Assembly (NCBI GenBank): GCA_040256005.1
Contig: JBDZWC010000059.1
Coordinates: forward strand, 1-17,420
Direction of reading: 5' to 3'
DNA from: Deinococcaceae bacterium
GTDB lineage: Bacteria; Deinococcota; Deinococci; Deinococcales; Trueperaceae
Length of the DNA stretch: 17,420 bases
Shown here: piece after piece, positions 16,833-17,420 of the stretch
Layout: each line of letters begins with the position of its first letter
How positions within the stretch are numbered: the stretch's first letter is position 1
The notes under the pieces: generated by a model
Told to the model about the DNA's origin: nothing
The model's input: the letters and a program-made list of their open reading frames with translations, nothing else
Database searches by the model: none
Made by a program: the position numbers and the translations under genes

Positions 16833-17360
16833 TCAGGCGGCCCTGGCGCGCCCCCTCTCCTGCTCCTCACGCTGCTCCGTGCGCTCGAGGGCGACCATGC
16901 CGGTGCGCACCAGCTCGACGATCCCGAACGCCTTCATCTGGGAGATGAAGGCCGCCAGCTTGCCGTCGTCGCCCGTCACCTCGAAGGTGAGGGCCTCCCT
17001 AGCGACGTCCACGATGCGCGCGCGGAAGTCCTGCGCGATCTGGCGGATCTCGACGCGGTCTTCAGGGGTCCTGACGGCCACCTTGATGAGCATCAGCTCG
17101 CGGCCCACGTAGGCGGAGCCGGAGTGGTCGATGACGGTGATGACGTCGATGAGCTTCTGAAGCTGCTTGGAGACCTGCTCGACGGTGGAGTCCTCCCCCG
17201 ACACGACGAACGTCGTGCGCGAGAGGCCGGGACGCTCGGTCTTGGCGACGGAGAGCGACTCGATGTTGTAGCCGCGCCTGGCGAAGAGGCCGGCCACGCG
17301 CAGCAGGACGCCCGGTTGGTCACGGACCGTGACGGAGAGGACGTGACGGGAGATCGTCAC
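16833..17360 (-). CDS. ilvN: Acetolactate synthase small (regulatory) subunit
   Basis: ACT domain DQPGVLLRVAGLFARRGYNIESL, QVSKQLQKLIDV, RELMLIKV, FRARIVD and ELVRTG; upstream of ilvC. Confidence 0.96.
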   Translation of the reverse strand: MTISRHVLSVTVRDQPGVLLRVAGLFARRGYNIESLSVAKTERPGLSRTTFVVSGEDSTVEQVSKQLQKLIDVITVIDHSGSAYVGRELMLIKVAVRTPEDRVEIRQIAQDFRARIVDVAREALTFEVTGDDGKLAAFISQMKAFGIVELVRTGMVALERTEQREEQERGRARAA

Positions 17361-17419
17361 GCCGGCACCGCCGTCACGGGCTCCGGATCGGCTTCCGTCT
17401 CGGGCTCCTGGTCGCCGAT
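17357..17419 (-). CDS. ilvB: C-terminal end of the upstream gene, most likely acetolactate synthase large subunit (partial)
   Basis: The minus-strand frame IGDQEPETEADPEPVTAVPA* ends in a TGA overlapping the ilvN GTG (GTGA). Identity is inferred from ilvB-ilvN-ilvC synteny only. Confidence 0.6.
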   Translation of the reverse strand: MGDQEPETEADPEPVTAVPA

Positions 17420-17420
17420 G

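Noticed and set aside
17250..17330. Feedback-resistant IlvN (Asp where E. coli IlvH has Asn11)
   Set aside because: DxPGVL is a common natural variant in acetolactate synthase small subunits; the rest of the ACT motif is normal.

Overview
GC-rich chromosomal housekeeping window, probably from a Deinococcota (Trueperaceae-like) bacterium; this taxonomy is inferred from the small RHH gene plus kinase/PQQ-propeller gene pair and overall protein character, not proven. Left to right: the 3' part of a membrane-anchored glucodextranase-C/DOMON-like protein with a long acidic tail (+); murA (-); a repeat-rich divergent promoter; a 70-aa ribbon-helix-helix-like gene followed by a Hanks Ser/Thr kinase with a PQQ-type beta-propeller (RqkA-like) (+); an acyl-lipid desaturase (+); and a long minus-strand run transcribed as ilvB(3' end)-ilvN/H-ilvC-leuA, tctC-tctB-tctA, then gltB with no adjacent gltD. 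I saw no mobile element, CRISPR array, tRNA or rRNA, and no clearly new multi-gene system. The best leads are regulatory: (1) the murA / RHH-kinase divergent module with overlapping -10 elements, operator-like repeats and a structured leader; (2) a probable CTG start codon for tctB; (3) tandem TGTGA-N7-TCACG sites upstream of tctC; (4) a gltD-less glutamate synthase with a ferredoxin-loop-length insert.
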